Source of the DNA: the human T2T-CHM13v2.0 reference genome, Homo sapiens
Assembly (NCBI RefSeq): GCF_009914755.1
Contig: NC_060947.1
Length of the DNA stretch: 64,000 nt
Reading direction: 5' to 3' (one strand)
Below, one piece after another: positions 18,641-51,562 of the stretch; within the stretch, counting starts at the first letter, position 1; each line of letters begins with the position of its first letter. The position numbers and the translations under genes were made by a program. Under the pieces are notes generated by a model. It did not search any database and was not told where the DNA came from. It saw nothing but the letters and a program-made list of their open reading frames with translations.

Positions 18641-19269
18641 GAATGTTTCAACACAAGAGAAGACTCAGAAAGATGGCAACTCTTTTCAGGACCAGTAAGT
18701 GGAAGTTAAGAGGGAGATTTTATGCCAGTGTAAGAAAAAGTTCTGTAGTAAGAACTGTCAAGAGAATGGATGCTCATTGCATTATTGTTTGTAAGAGCAC
18801 AAAACCTGGGATAACTCCAATCACCTATCAATAAGACATTGGTTGGATACACTCTGGTATATACCATATGCAGCTGTGAAAAAGAGTGAGGTTGATCCAT
18901 ATGCACTAACACAGATATTCAAAATGTTAAATAAGAAAACTGCAGAACAGTATGTGGCTCATCTTTTCATAGAGAAGGCACTTCTCCCATCCTTCATTTC
19001 TCACATAACAGTTTATCTGTGTATCAGGTACTCTCAAAGAGGTATGGAAAGAACGACATTTCTTTCATGTTCTGAATTACTTTCCTTTGCCTTTCACAGG
19101 ATTAAACAGCTGTCATGTTTTAAAGCTTGGAAAGAATGTTACTACTTTTCTTGCTTTGATACTTTAAAAAACTGTATAATGAAAAGCATTTTGTCTTATT
19201 CTGAATATATCATATAATTATATATAATTTCAGTGGTCTGAAAAAAAATTTTTTTAATTTACTGATTAT

Positions 19270-29367
<10,098 letters not shown>

Positions 29368-30411
29368 TTATTCAAAGGCGCAAATGGGTTTATTTTTCAA
29401 ATGGCGTAGACAACCCTCCTTTGCAGATACTGTATTTTTATAACCAGGTCTAATAACTAAAGCTGAGGAACTATTTAACATGAAAAGTGACCGACCAAGT
29501 TTTCAGTGTGCTTTCTAGAAAAAAGAGAAGATGCAAGAAGTAAACAGAGCCCCAGAGGTAACCATGTGATTAGAAACCAATTAAGTTAAGCAATTACTAA
29601 AAGTGCTCTATGACCTTTGGGCAAGAAAGGATCACAAGTGAAACTCTGATATAAAAATGAAAATGCTTACATGCAAAAAAAGGCCAAGGCTGTTTCAGAG
29701 AAAGACTATTTTTAAGAGAACTATTTGCATGGTAAAATGTGCCCAGGGATGGTTGATCAATGTAGATAGAAGAGTTATAGTCTACTTGTTTAGAAATGCC
29801 AAAATGATGTTTTTAGACATATAACATGTTTTCATTGTCAAATTTAGTTAGTATTCACAGTAAAACGGGGAAAACCAGAAGGTAAGAGCAGGGAAGAAAA
29901 TCACCATTAGGGCCTATTGGTTTTCAAGAGCTATTTTGTACGTCCTTGCTATATTTTAGAGGAATAAGAAACTCTATTAATGTATACCATGCAGAACTCT
30001 TCTCAATGCCAATTTCTGCATGTATTACTTAAATTTATTTTTAAAAAGAGATCTAGCCTGACTCGGTTCCGATTTAATTGATGAAATGAAAAGAAAAGCT
30101 ACAGCAAACATGTAATATTTTGCATAAAGTAATTATGCTTCAACTTTAAAAGTACTTTTAAAATAAAACTGTTTTACTACCTACGTGGTTTATCTTTCAC
30201 CCACAAAATGTATTTTACAAAACCTAAATGCACAACAAATCAGGCTTCTTATACATAAAGTACTCTTATGTTATTCATTCTTGAATAACATAAGAAATAA
30301 CAAAATGAAGTTATTCATTCTTGGCTCTTAAGTCTGTGAATCTTATCTATAAAGACATACACTGCCTTAACTAAATGATGAGTACTGTCTATTGCTTTCA
30401 AATGCACTAAC

Positions 30412-31116
30412 CTTCTCAAAAACGCTGGTTGGGGTCATCAAGCAAAACCGGATATTCTGAATGATGGTATCGGTATGTCTCCAGCGTCTTCTATCATGCC
30501 GCAGCCAAGACTGCACAGCCTCGTACAGCTCTATCTCTGGGAACCTGCTCAGATGATCATTATCCAAGTAAGACATGAGCTTCTCAAAGCTCAGATAGGA
30601 CAGAAAGTCAGGCCTAGACATGAGTGGCACAAAGTTGTCTAGCAGAAAGGTGTCTAACTTCTCCCTGACTCCCTCGATGTTTACGCCGAAATCATCTAAG
30701 AGTCTCATAATTTCTGCACAATTTTCTAGGCAGATCTTCGCTAAGAGAAAAGAGCAGCAGAACTTCACCACTTCTATAAGTTGAACATACATGGCAGCCT
30801 GAAGAATCTCATGAACGGTATTCATACTCAGCTCTATAGTTCCATAGTACATAAATTGCAGGACATGGCTGAAACCGGTAGCTGTTAGACCTTTTAAATG
30901 AATTTTGTCCTGATCTCGTTCCCTCATGTCTGCAGTAAACATAATTCTGAAGTAATCACTCTGGGTGGCCAAGAGTGCTTTATGGGCCTGGAACTGATGA
31001 TCTTCAATAACCAGAGTGACATCAAGAAGCAATCCCTCCTCATACAGTGCTCTGAACCCAGCAGAGACACTGGTGTCGTGGATGGAGGAACAGAATCCTT
31101 CCACGTCCCCTGCCAT
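30412..31116 (-). CDS. KLHL15: KLHL15 coding exon 1 (aa 1-235): BTB/POZ + BACK domains
   Basis: ORF MAGDVEGFCSSIHD... with BTB signature (LLDVTLVIEDHQFQAHKALLATQSDYFRIMF) and BACK motif (EIELYEAVQSWLRHD...IRFCLM). Acceptor tttttttccAG|GTGATTC-ATG puts the exon start at 31123; donor GAGAAG|GTTAG follows 30412. 705 nt = 235 codons, phase 0. Protein recognised as Kelch-like 15. Confidence 0.97.
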
Positions 31117-31334
31117 GAATCACCTGGAAAAAAATCAAAGACAACAATGTTAAACACTTCCATGCATTCAGAAGAAAATATTAACTTAGAGTTTTAACAA
31201 TTTTTGCTATTATCTCAATTCTACTGACTAAGTCCAAAATGTACAAGTCCTTTGGGAGAAGACAATCTAAAGGTTTGCAGACTAATATTTCTGGCTTCCC
31301 TATCTAAGGAAAAGAATCTATTAAAGATACATCA

Positions 31335-31962
<628 letters not shown>

Positions 31963-32646
31963 AACAATGGTAAATTGTTATCTTACAAATAATATATGCC
32001 TATTCCATTGATTTCATATTGTTCATCAAATATACTTTGAACAGGTTCCAAAATTAGCAACATAAAAATGATTTCACAGCCAAATACTAAATAATGAGAA
32101 AAGGGACAAAAATGAAACTAAAAAGTATACCTGAAAACTCCTAGAAATTTACCTAAAGGAAATATTCAAATAAATAGGCAAGTTGTACATATAAGGTTTT
32201 TCTATCTAGGCTTATTATTTAAAAATCAGAAACTATTCAAAAGTCCAATAACAAATTATTAAAACATGATACAGTCCTACAATAAATTATCAATTTAAAA
32301 TGATGTCAACAGTTTATTTTTACAAAGAATATTTATCAGATATTGTATGAAAAAAAAAACAAGTGACTGCAGTATACTGAGTACGTCTTCGAAAACTAAA
32401 TACGCATATATTTGTTAGATGAGAAAAAGTCTGGAGAAATATATACCAAAATAATGTCCCTGGGTAGTAGGTTTTCAGGAGAGGCTTTCTTTTCATTTAC
32501 CTCATTACCCTTACTTTGAAAAACAATAATGATGTAATGCTTATATATTTAAAAATACAAATATATAATTTTAAAGGAAATTAAACCAAATCTTTCCATA
32601 TCAGAGAAATGAAGGTAAAATAGAGAACTATAATTAGATATCTTAA

Positions 32647-32962
<316 letters not shown>

Positions 32963-33493
32963 ACTAATTCAGTCTACTGGGTTATTTATGAAGCAAATTA
33001 ATTTTCTCCTTTTCACATACCCCCACCCCAGACCATCTATCTTCTTAATTCTCATCCTTACACAGCTCCCGGCTTCCTCCCCAATGACCCATCCTCCATC
33101 CCTGAATTCTCTCCCAAACCTTTCCACTGTGCCCTGTGGAACCTTACTTCAATGTAAACAAAATCCCCTACATGCTCAGGTTGGTCACAGAAAGTTCCCT
33201 CCTCGACCTGATTTAAATGAGACATAGTTTTCCTAAAAGTCACAGCTTCCAGGCCTCCTGCCTCCAACCTCTAGCTCTACTCCCACGCGTGTTAGAAAAA
33301 AAAAAAACAAAACAAAAAAAAAACTTTTAGAGCTTACAGCCCTACTTTCCAAGTCTTCTTTCTCTTAGCTTTCTATTGTTCTTTTTCTATAACTTGGCCT
33401 TTTGCTCAGATAAAAATCCATCTTCTGTCACCCCTTGTCACTTCCATACACATCTTCTGATCAATCACTCTCAAACATTTGATGAAGACTTCA

Positions 33494-34451
<958 letters not shown>

Positions 34452-35591
34452 TCATCTTTCACACCTCTTCAATGTTCACATAAGATCAGCCATCCAAAAA
34501 CTGTAAGTCAAAACTCCCTGACCATCTCAACTCCTACAACCTCCCCACTTATTCCATTGCAAACCCTACTCCCACCCCACTTGGACCTGTTCCTGATCCA
34601 AAACTGGTCTACATCTGAAATCTTAACTGTCAACTTCCTACTTAACCTTCCTACTCTCTTTTCACTTGGTCTATCATCTCCTAACTTAACCTCTGTCCTT
34701 CTCCAGCTTAGACCTTACCATATCAGAGCAACCACTTTCTTACCAGGGCCTTCATTTCCCTTAACTCTCTGCCTGTCCTCCATCCCTGCCCTGCTAAACA
34801 AAAACTATGCCAACTGGTCCTTTAATCTTGGGCCAATCTTCAGTGCCTCTTGGCAGTTTCGTCCACCGAACAGTTGTGAGGCATTCCCTGCTGGTATAAC
34901 ACTGAAGCACTATCAAAGATGTTCCCAAACTAAGGACAGCAGATATGGACAAATCTCTGGGATACTACAGCCATTTTTAAGCACTTTCTAGAATATCTCA
35001 TGACTTGGAATCATATGTTGCAGCTATTTTCTAGAACATGACCTACAAACCACACTAGCCTAAAAGAGCACTAAGGATGTGGCAGCCAACATCTACGGCT
35101 CTGAATTTCCACCAGTGACACTGCTGGGACCCAATCTCCCAAGTTCTGTCCTTCCCCTGGTTAGGTATTTATATGGACCCCGAGCCCTCCAGAGAAGCAG
35201 CGGACACTACAGTCAACTGCTGTCACTTGCTCTACACCTCCTTCTTTAGGGAGGCTGTCACTGCCAGTGTCACCACTCTGTCAATGCCTTCCCATTTCAT
35301 TTACTAAAAGGAAGAGCCCTTGTGTGTGCCAGGTACTGTGTTAGGTATGGAGATGAGTGCCATTTGGGAATCCCTCTGTACTCTGGGTTTGGCTGAGCCC
35401 TCAGTTGCCAAGAAGGAAAAGGTGGCATCTATGTACACACTAAAAAGACGCCACTTCTCCACTCTCATGAATAAACTATCACTAGATTTACTACTTTGTT
35501 TCATCAATATGTTGTCCATGATACCCTTTATTCAACTTCCTGACAGATTAACCCATTTATTCAATAGTTATCCCAGCCCAAAGTCATCTCA

Positions 35592-38670
<3,079 letters not shown>

Positions 38671-39049
38671 AAAAGATTTATTGGTCACATTTAATGAAGA
38701 TTTAATAATAGAAGGCTGGAAATTAGTGTTCATATACTTGAGAGTAAACTGCTTTGTGTTTCATTAATCTGTTATTTTGACAATGCCTAAAAATACCACA
38801 CTTCACTTCATGTCAAAGTCACCCTCTCTATTCAACAGTTAATCATTACCTGAAAAGGTCTAAAACAGCTAATATTCACGTTTCTGAAAAATACTCCATC
38901 TAAAGGAAATTTATAAAAGGAGAAACTATGCTTTCTCAAAAAAACAAAAAAACAAAAAAAAACACAACAATTAAGGTTCCAGATACTTACTATGATGGAA
39001 ATATTATAAGGCAGAGAAGCAGTGGGGGAAAAAAGAGGAGGAGGAGGAG

Positions 39050-39582
39050 GAGAATTGGTAAACTGTGAGTCAGAAGACCCCAAAGACATATGTAAAGACA
39101 GCTCCTGTCTGAGTACACAGCACTCTCCTCTGGGCACCCAGCCTGCTGAGAGGGATTCCTAGCAGGCAGCCTCCCACTCTGTGATCCTGGCCACAGTCAC
39201 TCGTGGTCATACAGGAGTGGGAAATATGAATCAAGATGAACAGAAACTTAGCAAAGGCGAGGGAAAGAGAAACAAAGATAAAAAGAGAGAGACGTGTATT
39301 GACTGTGTATGACGGGAACTGGAACATGTCAAAGAGCAACTGTGGGCACCCACTTCTGTCTGCCATGTGGGCTGAAGATCAGAGAAAGGCAGTCAACTGA
39401 GAAAGAATAAAGCCAAAAGGAGGACAGGCAGTGCTCCTGAACGCCTCGTTCTCCCAGTTGCTAAGCCCAGTTCGATGTCTGCCCTTGGGTTCTGAGAGAA
39501 CCTTACATTCTTAGAATAAATTCTTCCTCTTTACTACCTTAGGTTGATTTTTCCTACTTATAACCAAGGGTCCTAACTAATA
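39050..39582 (+). mobile_element. Old ERVL LTR (LTR16/LTR33-like)
   Basis: 3' end aataaattc...cttataaccaagggtcctaactaata resembles LTR16/33 termini. Confidence 0.45.
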
Positions 39583-40019
39583 ATTTTAGAACAGAAATAT
39601 CTGTAAGTTACTCAAATTTTCTTGGCCTTCTCTCTGCATCTGTAAAAACAAGAGCACTAGACATGATCTCTAAAATATTTTTAGTCCTAAAATTCTCATT
39701 CTTTTTATATGATTTTGTAAATATGCAACACACTAAATACACATGCCAGTTAAATAAACTATAGCTACTTTTAAAGTCTCAGCAACGCATTTGTGAAGTT
39801 TACCTGATCTAAACACTTTTAAAACTCATCTGCGATAGCCGAGACATATGCAGTAACTTATTTTCTACCTAAAAAGCTTAGTGCATTTATCAATAAGACT
39901 ACAACTTTAGAGGAGCAGCAGTACTTTACACTTTTATGGTAAGCGTGTATTAAGTAGAAAACAGTGAAACACTCAGTGATTAAGTGACCAACATGATAGA
40001 GTCTCTAGATGGTAGTAGT

Positions 40020-42535
<2,516 letters not shown>

Positions 42536-43015
42536 AATCTAAGTACAGAATTATATCAATTTAAGGAAGAAAACTATTATAAGAACTACTTTGCAATGGC
42601 AGAGACAGCCGCGGCAGCAGTAGCGTGCTCAACAAGAAGTGCGTAGCCCCACTCTCCCAAAAGAAAAAAACGAATCATTGTAAAACACAAAAACCTTAAA
42701 TAAGAACTCTTTAAATGAGTGCTGGAGGAAAAATTTAAGAGGCTTTGAGGAAAAACATTTACTGACAAAATGTTCAATGTACAAAAATTCTGTATCCTTA
42801 CTTTTCATATATAGGTTTATCAACACTTTATACATGGCCTTCAGAATTTCAAATAGTAGGTTTTTTTTTTTTCAAGAGGGAAACCAATTAGACCAAATGA
42901 CAAGGCATACTTATACTACCAGGAAAGAAATACTGAAGAACGTGTCTTGTTTCATAAACTTGGTACTGACTAAATAAAAGAAAGCCTCACATTTTTGTGC
43001 CTAAGAATGATTAGT

Positions 43016-44046
<1,031 letters not shown>

Positions 44047-46406
44047 AAGTGTAAGAGATAAGTGACAACACACACACACACACACACACGTGCACGCACA
44101 AACCTCAACCTCTTCCTACCTCTGCCCTGGAAGACTATTACTGCTATTTATATCACAGAATTTTTGAACACTTCAAACTCTCTAGTGACCAGTAAAAAAA
44201 GAAGTTTGGTGGGGGTAAAACTGGACAGGAAATTAAAGGCAAAGAAATTAAATGCTTCCTTTTCAGTTATAAGGCTGCCATTCTGATGTGAAGGCAAAAT
44301 TATAGGCAATTAAAAGACATTTCAAAATTAACCTCTATGTTTGTGCCATAAGCAATAATTTATTGCTTTCACATTCCTTCCACAGCTGCTTGAAAATTCA
44401 TACAAAAGCTTAAGGTATTCAATGCAAAAGCTAGATTCTCAGAGGTTGATATAATATACTTACCCTCAATGAAAAATTTAAATGATTTCATACTATCTTC
44501 ATCCCCAAACTGTTCTCCTACCAAAATTGATGCCTATGCAGAAAATGCCACAGTTGCATATCGAAAAGAGAATGCAAAGGCTTACTACGGATAAAAACAG
44601 AATTAATTTCTGAGTCATAACATTTCTCACTTCTGTAACCCATAAAGTAAAAAAATGTAAATTTGACAATCTCAAAGCAGCCAACTTCTCAACATACCAA
44701 TATAAAAGAAAAGACAAATTTAAAGACAGACTTTTAAGCTCTATTAGCGGTCACTTTACTCTCAATACACTACTCAAATTGAAAACTCACTTTAATATGG
44801 GAGGAGACGTTGTGTAAGTTAACTTTAATTTGTTTAATACTGGAAATTCTTTCTTGTCATCAAAATATTTTTATAACTCAGGACCAAATTGCAAATGACC
44901 ATTTAACTAAGCTATTAGGAGGGCCCTGGGTCCTCCAGCCTCCAGACTGGCACCAAATTACTTCACTTTTCAGGTATGTTTAGCATTTCGTCATCCTATA
45001 ATACAAGAAGCCTTATAAGAAAAAAAAAACCCTGCTTGAATGCTATTTTTCATCAGAAGACTTTAATTTAATGCTTCTCTGCTTATTCCACACTATGACT
45101 AGAAGTAGTCCAAGAGTGATGTCATGGAAAACAGCTTCCCTAGCCTTTAGAGATTGGATCCAGTGAGAATTCTAGGAAAAGCCTCTATTGGGGAATAAAA
45201 CCCCAAATCTTCTAAGTTCTATTCTAACATGAAATCACAAATACTGTAATGTTAGCCTTTCAGTTCCTCATAAGAATTATACAACCAAACTAAATATTTT
45301 GGAAAGTCTTGCTGTTATGATACAGATTTCCTGCAAATCATTAGTCTATAATATATATCATTAACTAAATTCAAAGATCTTATCAGAGACAAAGGGTATT
45401 TTTTTCTATCCATTCTTACATGTTTCAGTGATTGAGCCTGATGAGCTTTAAGGGTCTTACGTTAAAAACAGAAAACCTGACAACATATTTTGTCTTTCCT
45501 AATTTCTTACTTGCAAAGTTAAAATTTCAAATTCTGAAAAGGTCTTCCACTTTTGGACCAGCAGCAATACAACATATACCCTTGGCAGAGATGAACTATG
45601 AGAGCCTTTCCAGTGATTCTTAAAATGGCAATAATAATAATCTTATATTACTATCTCCCTTGGTGCCGCTGTTCCTTGAAAACCAGCTACACTCCCAACT
45701 TAAGGCCTCTCTACACCCTGTTCCCTCTGCCTGGATCACACTATCCCCAGATATATATGGTTCCCTTAGGGTCTTTGGTGTCATTTCAGTGAGGCCTTCC
45801 TCAAACACCCTCTTTTAAAGTTGCAAAACCCCATCTGCCCCATCAACCTGACAATCCCCATGCCCCTCCACTTTATTATTCTCTGCAGTATATTAAATGG
45901 CAATACAGGCTATCCATTTTACTTAGTTTCCTTTCTGCTTCAATTTGTCGGTTTTGCTTCACTGACTGTTGCATCTCCAGCACCTAAAACAGTGCTTGGC
46001 ACATAATAAGTGCTTAATAAATATTTGTTGGAAAGACAGATAAATTTAATTCTCGCAACCTTCCATGTTTTGTATCCATCCCCGACTTAAAGATGAGAAC
46101 ATCAAAGCTCACAGAGGTTAAGTAACTTGCCCAAGGCTATAATTATTAGTAAGTTGTGAAGTTGGGGTCTGCCTGACTTCATAGCCTCCCCTATTAAACA
46201 CTGTTCTACAATGCCTCACCCATGGCTCCATCTTTCATTTCTCTTCAATAAAAAAAAAAAAGCACCACATGAGCTATAGCACTCCAATTCAGAGAAAATA
46301 GATGCTAATAAAGTAATCCACCTCCTCTAAGCTAAAGATTCATTCTCCTCACAGTTAACATTATTCACTCTCAAAACATTTGCACTGGGAAAGGCCAGGC
46401 TTGACA

Positions 46407-47627
<1,221 letters not shown>

Positions 47628-49279
47628 CCCTGATCAAGGTTAGGTTTCTGAGATAACCCGACTCGAGGTAGAGAGAAGGTCAAACCTTGAAATCCCCAAT
47701 AAAGCAATGATTTGTCAAAATTTTATCAAGATTAGTGATAAATCCAATCTATAAAACCAGCCACTTTGAAGTAGGCTCTTCCTTTTACTATGTAAATCCT
47801 GCCCAACTTCTATTATTTTGCCTTTTTACAAAACACAAAAGCATACTCTGAAAGACAACTGGTATTGGACTAGAGGATTATAAATTTAATAAAACATCTA
47901 ACTACTCAAAACCATTTGTTAGCTAAAAATAACAATATACCCAAAAATGCTTCTCTTTTCACTTTTTGTGGACCATTTAAGCCAAACCATACTATATTTT
48001 TGATATGCCAAGTAAAAATGATCAATACTAATCTGTTACACATATAAATCCTGGCAAAATAAATTCAATTTTCAAACCACAAATATTTACTATCCTATTC
48101 TTTCCCCAAATTAATCAGCAATGAAGAGTGCAAGTTAACATCCTCTACCACTGATAAACTGTGACTCTAAGCACCTACTACGTGTTGTGATTAAAAATGA
48201 GAATAAAATTATATAATTACATTAAGTGCTAAAAAGTTGAAATGTTCTATACATTTCTAGATCTATTAAGGATTACTGAAACATGAATGCATTGATAAGC
48301 TCTTCAAAACCAATTTTCAAATTAGTAGAAGTATTCAAGCATCCTGCTCCCTAGATATGAAAAACAGGCATTAAAATTAGGGCATATATGTCTGCAAAGC
48401 ATTTTCTAAATTACCACTTAATCAGATTAACAAAGGCAAACAAATTCGGAAAACAGAAAAGACTAACAAATGTAAGGTGTTAAATATTTGGAGTAAGAAA
48501 AGGGGCCTAAAGCGGCCTAGAACGATGAAAAGCAAAGCCCCTACGGTAACGTTACATTTGAATTAAAGAATACCGTTATTTAAATAAGCAGTTAGCACTT
48601 CGTAGGAGGAAGGCCAAGCAACGTGACTATTACAGATCTATGGATTCACAGCACTGCTTTACTATTATTCCGTACTTATTTGCTTATATTTATAATATAG
48701 AAATAAAGAGGCAGCAACAGTTAGCCACTACATTAACCACTCTACCAAAGGTTACTTAAAAAACGGCCTTGCATTCTTACAACACTCTACAGTTAAGGAT
48801 TATTTTCACATATATGACCTCATATAGTCCTCTCAACCCTGCGATGTTGGTAGTACCGACTATATTTCATAGATAAGAAACCAAGGCTCGGTACGCGATT
48901 TTTTCTCAGAGTCACCCAAGTCGAACCCAGACCTTCCGATTCCTAGTTTTATGCCTCGCATTTTGCATAGTTCTATTTCAGGCATAAATTGAATTGTTAA
49001 AGGGAAGGAACGGGTTAGGCAAAAAATAATCATGGTACCTGCAGCTGTGTGCTGCAAAAAATGGCTGAATTATGCTTCTTCCTTTTTCTTTCTCGCTCTC
49101 TCTGGAAAAAAAAATTACATTTCAAACAATTTAAGTAAACTCGAAGACAAACGAGGTCCCGGCGTCTACCAAATGTTTGACTCGGGTCCGTGCAGAGAGG
49201 GCCGGCGAATTCGTGCCTAGCTCGGGGCCGCGGGCGAAGCCCGGGCTCCGCAGGCCGGCGGCCAGGGGCGGCTACGTAC

Positions 49280-49481
49280 CTCGGGGGGTCCTGTCCAGCC
49301 TCTAGTGGACGGCAGTCTGCATCAGGAAGAACCGGGCCAGCGGGCCGATGGGTGGGCGGTCGGGCGCCGGGACGGCACTCGGCAGGCTCCTCGGACGTCT
49401 ACGAGCAGCCGCTCCCGGCACGAGCCGGGTCGCTCCGGCGGGGCACGAGAGTGCTCGCCTGCAGCCCCCTCTGGATAAGTC
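49280..49481 (-). other. KLHL15: KLHL15 5'UTR exon (202 nt, non-coding)
   Basis: Acceptor ctgtcttctttcccAG|GACTT and donor CCGAG|GTACGT inside the CpG island, upstream of the ATG exon. Confidence 0.8.
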
Positions 49482-50052
49482 CTGGGAAAGAAGACAGCGC
49501 TGAGTCGAGAAACCAGACAGTCGGGCTCCGCACGAGGCGGCGCGGCGTCGGGGCCCGGACCGACCTTGCCAACGCCGGGGGCCTCGCAGCACCCGACGGG
49601 GCTCGGCGGGAGGGCCGACTGGGGCCGCGGGCGGGGAAAAGGGCTGGGGGGCAGCAGGCAGAGACAGAAGCACCAGCCGAGGAAGCGTCGAGGACGGCGT
49701 CTCTGGGCTTCTGCCCCGAAGCGCGCCGAGCCTCGGGATCACCCACGCCGGGGGTGGAGGAAGGCGGGAAAGGGGCGGGGAAGGGGCGGGGCGTGCGGGG
49801 CCACGAGCCGGGGGCCGCTCCGGGCCGCGCGCCCCCTGCGGGCCGCGGGAGCCGCCCGGGGCCCGCCCAGGGAGGCGGGGCTGGCCGGCAGGGGGCCCAG
49901 TGCGCTGTCGTCTTGACGCGGAAGGCCGCCACGCTGGGAGAGAGGGCGGAGGGTGGGAAGCCGTTGGGGGCGGGGAGCTGGCCCGGGAGGCCCCCCCCTC
50001 GGCCCCTGCTGGCGCCCCGAGGGGGCCAGCCCGTGGCCTGGCGGGTGTTTAC

Positions 50053-50110
50053 CTTCCCCCTGGTCGAGCGCCAATGCCGCCATCTTTCAGCCCAAAACGC
50101 GTCACTTCCG
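50053..50110 (-). other. KLHL15: Probable CpG-island first exon of KLHL15 (TSS approximate)
   Basis: Donor GGAAG|GTAAAC follows 50053. It lies just downstream of ETS and YY1 motifs that typically surround housekeeping TSSs. Confidence 0.6.
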
Positions 50111-50111
50111 G
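50071..50111 (-). promoter_or_regulatory. Core promoter motifs: ETS/GABPA (CCGGAAGTG, 50111-50103), YY1 (AAGATGGCGGC, 50086-50076), CCAAT on + (50071-50075)
   Basis: Exact consensus matches for ETS and YY1 within 40 bp. Confidence 0.7.
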
Positions 50112-51562
50112 CGCCACGGGAGCGGGAGCGGGTGTGGGAACGGGGGGGAAGGGGGGGCGGGGAAGGCTGTCCCGCGCCCGCGGCGCCCCGCGTCCCGGCT
50201 GCCGGCCCGCCACGCCAGCGGTTTCCCACCGAGGAAAACAGGCGGCCGGGCGTCGCGGCCCTGGACTGGGCCCGACGCAGCTTCCCCCGCGGCGCCGCCG
50301 TCGGGGCTGAGGACACTCAGCTGTCCTCGTCCCCTTGCAGCGGTCTCTCTCCGCCTGCACGAGCGATGGGCCCTGAGCCACTGCGGTGCGCCCACCCTCG
50401 ACAAGTTGAGGGCTAGGAAGCCAGGAAAGTGTCTTTTTGCATCTTGGCCACGGTGGGGGTGGGGGAATCGGGGACAACGTGGAGGGAGCTTTTCCATAGC
50501 TACCTGTTATAAAAGTGACTAGATCTGCGCCAAATGACATCATTTTTTGTAAGGCAACTTGCAGTGGACTATTGCGTCACTGTCCACTTGGCTTACTGCA
50601 CAACAATTACACGTTTCAGAAATCGATTTCCCAAGGGTGGGAAAATTCATAAAAAATTGCATGTCTGCACCACCCGGAGATAATGCCGGATTTAAAAAAG
50701 CTGTCTCTACTTGCGTCAAAATAATCAAGAACGAACATTCAGAGGGCAGTGATTTTTGTTGTTCGTTTTTTATAGAATTCTAGCTAGTACTTTTTAAATA
50801 TTACCTTTTCTTGACAAGAATATAAAACTAGACTATAGGACTGTTTTGTAAATTTATTATGGCATCTCTTTCTGGGAAAAGTGTAGATGACGGAAATACA
50901 CAGTTGGAAGCCCGTGGATCTACAATTAACCTTAAATTAGGGCATCCATTGCCCATAGCAGATCCTAAACTGAGGTATTTCGGCTTCCCCCACCCCCACC
51001 CCCCGCCGCCATTTTCTCTCTAGACCAATATCCCGATGAACTTTCCGTGAGAGGTGTCGCTAAAAGCGATAATTATCTCTTTCTAGCAAACTTGAACATA
51101 CCATCTTTCCCAAGAGGCCAAAATAGCACACGGTGTACTGTTTTGCTGAAGTAGACTACTTCGTGGGAGAGATAACACAATCACTTCAATCTTTTGGAAA
51201 TACGCTTCCTTATTCCGATTTAAACTATAACAAGCTTTAAAAAAACTGTAAGACACTGAAATTCCCAAGTTGTTCACACTTTCTTTCCATCTTTTCCAAT
51301 AGCTCCTTTAAGATATTTCTGTTCATTATTTAAAAATCCCTGCTTGCCATATTTGTATCTATTACTACATGACAAATTACCCCAGAATTTCACATTAAAA
51401 CAAATTTTTAAAATTAAATCATAAAATAAACTTTAAAAATGCATACATTCCACTTCTGAATATTTAAATGTTCATGCATTATTCCCGAACATCTAAACGC
51501 TGAGTTTGGATTTTTGTACATTAACTAACATTTTAAGCTATACATTACTATGTGGCACTGAC

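Larger units (their letters stand above)
49150..50420. promoter_or_regulatory. CpG island / KLHL15 promoter
   Basis: Very high GC and CpG density, with multiple GC boxes (GGGGCGGGG at 49772-49780 and 49783-49791). Confidence 0.93.

Noticed and set aside
48546-48555. Palindrome gtaacgttac (also ttacgtaa at 9978-9985)
   Set aside because: Palindromes of this length are expected by chance in 64 kb.
49190-50543. Long overlapping ORFs (408, 305, 189, 164 aa) in the CpG island
   Set aside because: Low-complexity G/R/P/A translations in several frames reflect stop-codon scarcity in GC-rich DNA; no domain signature.
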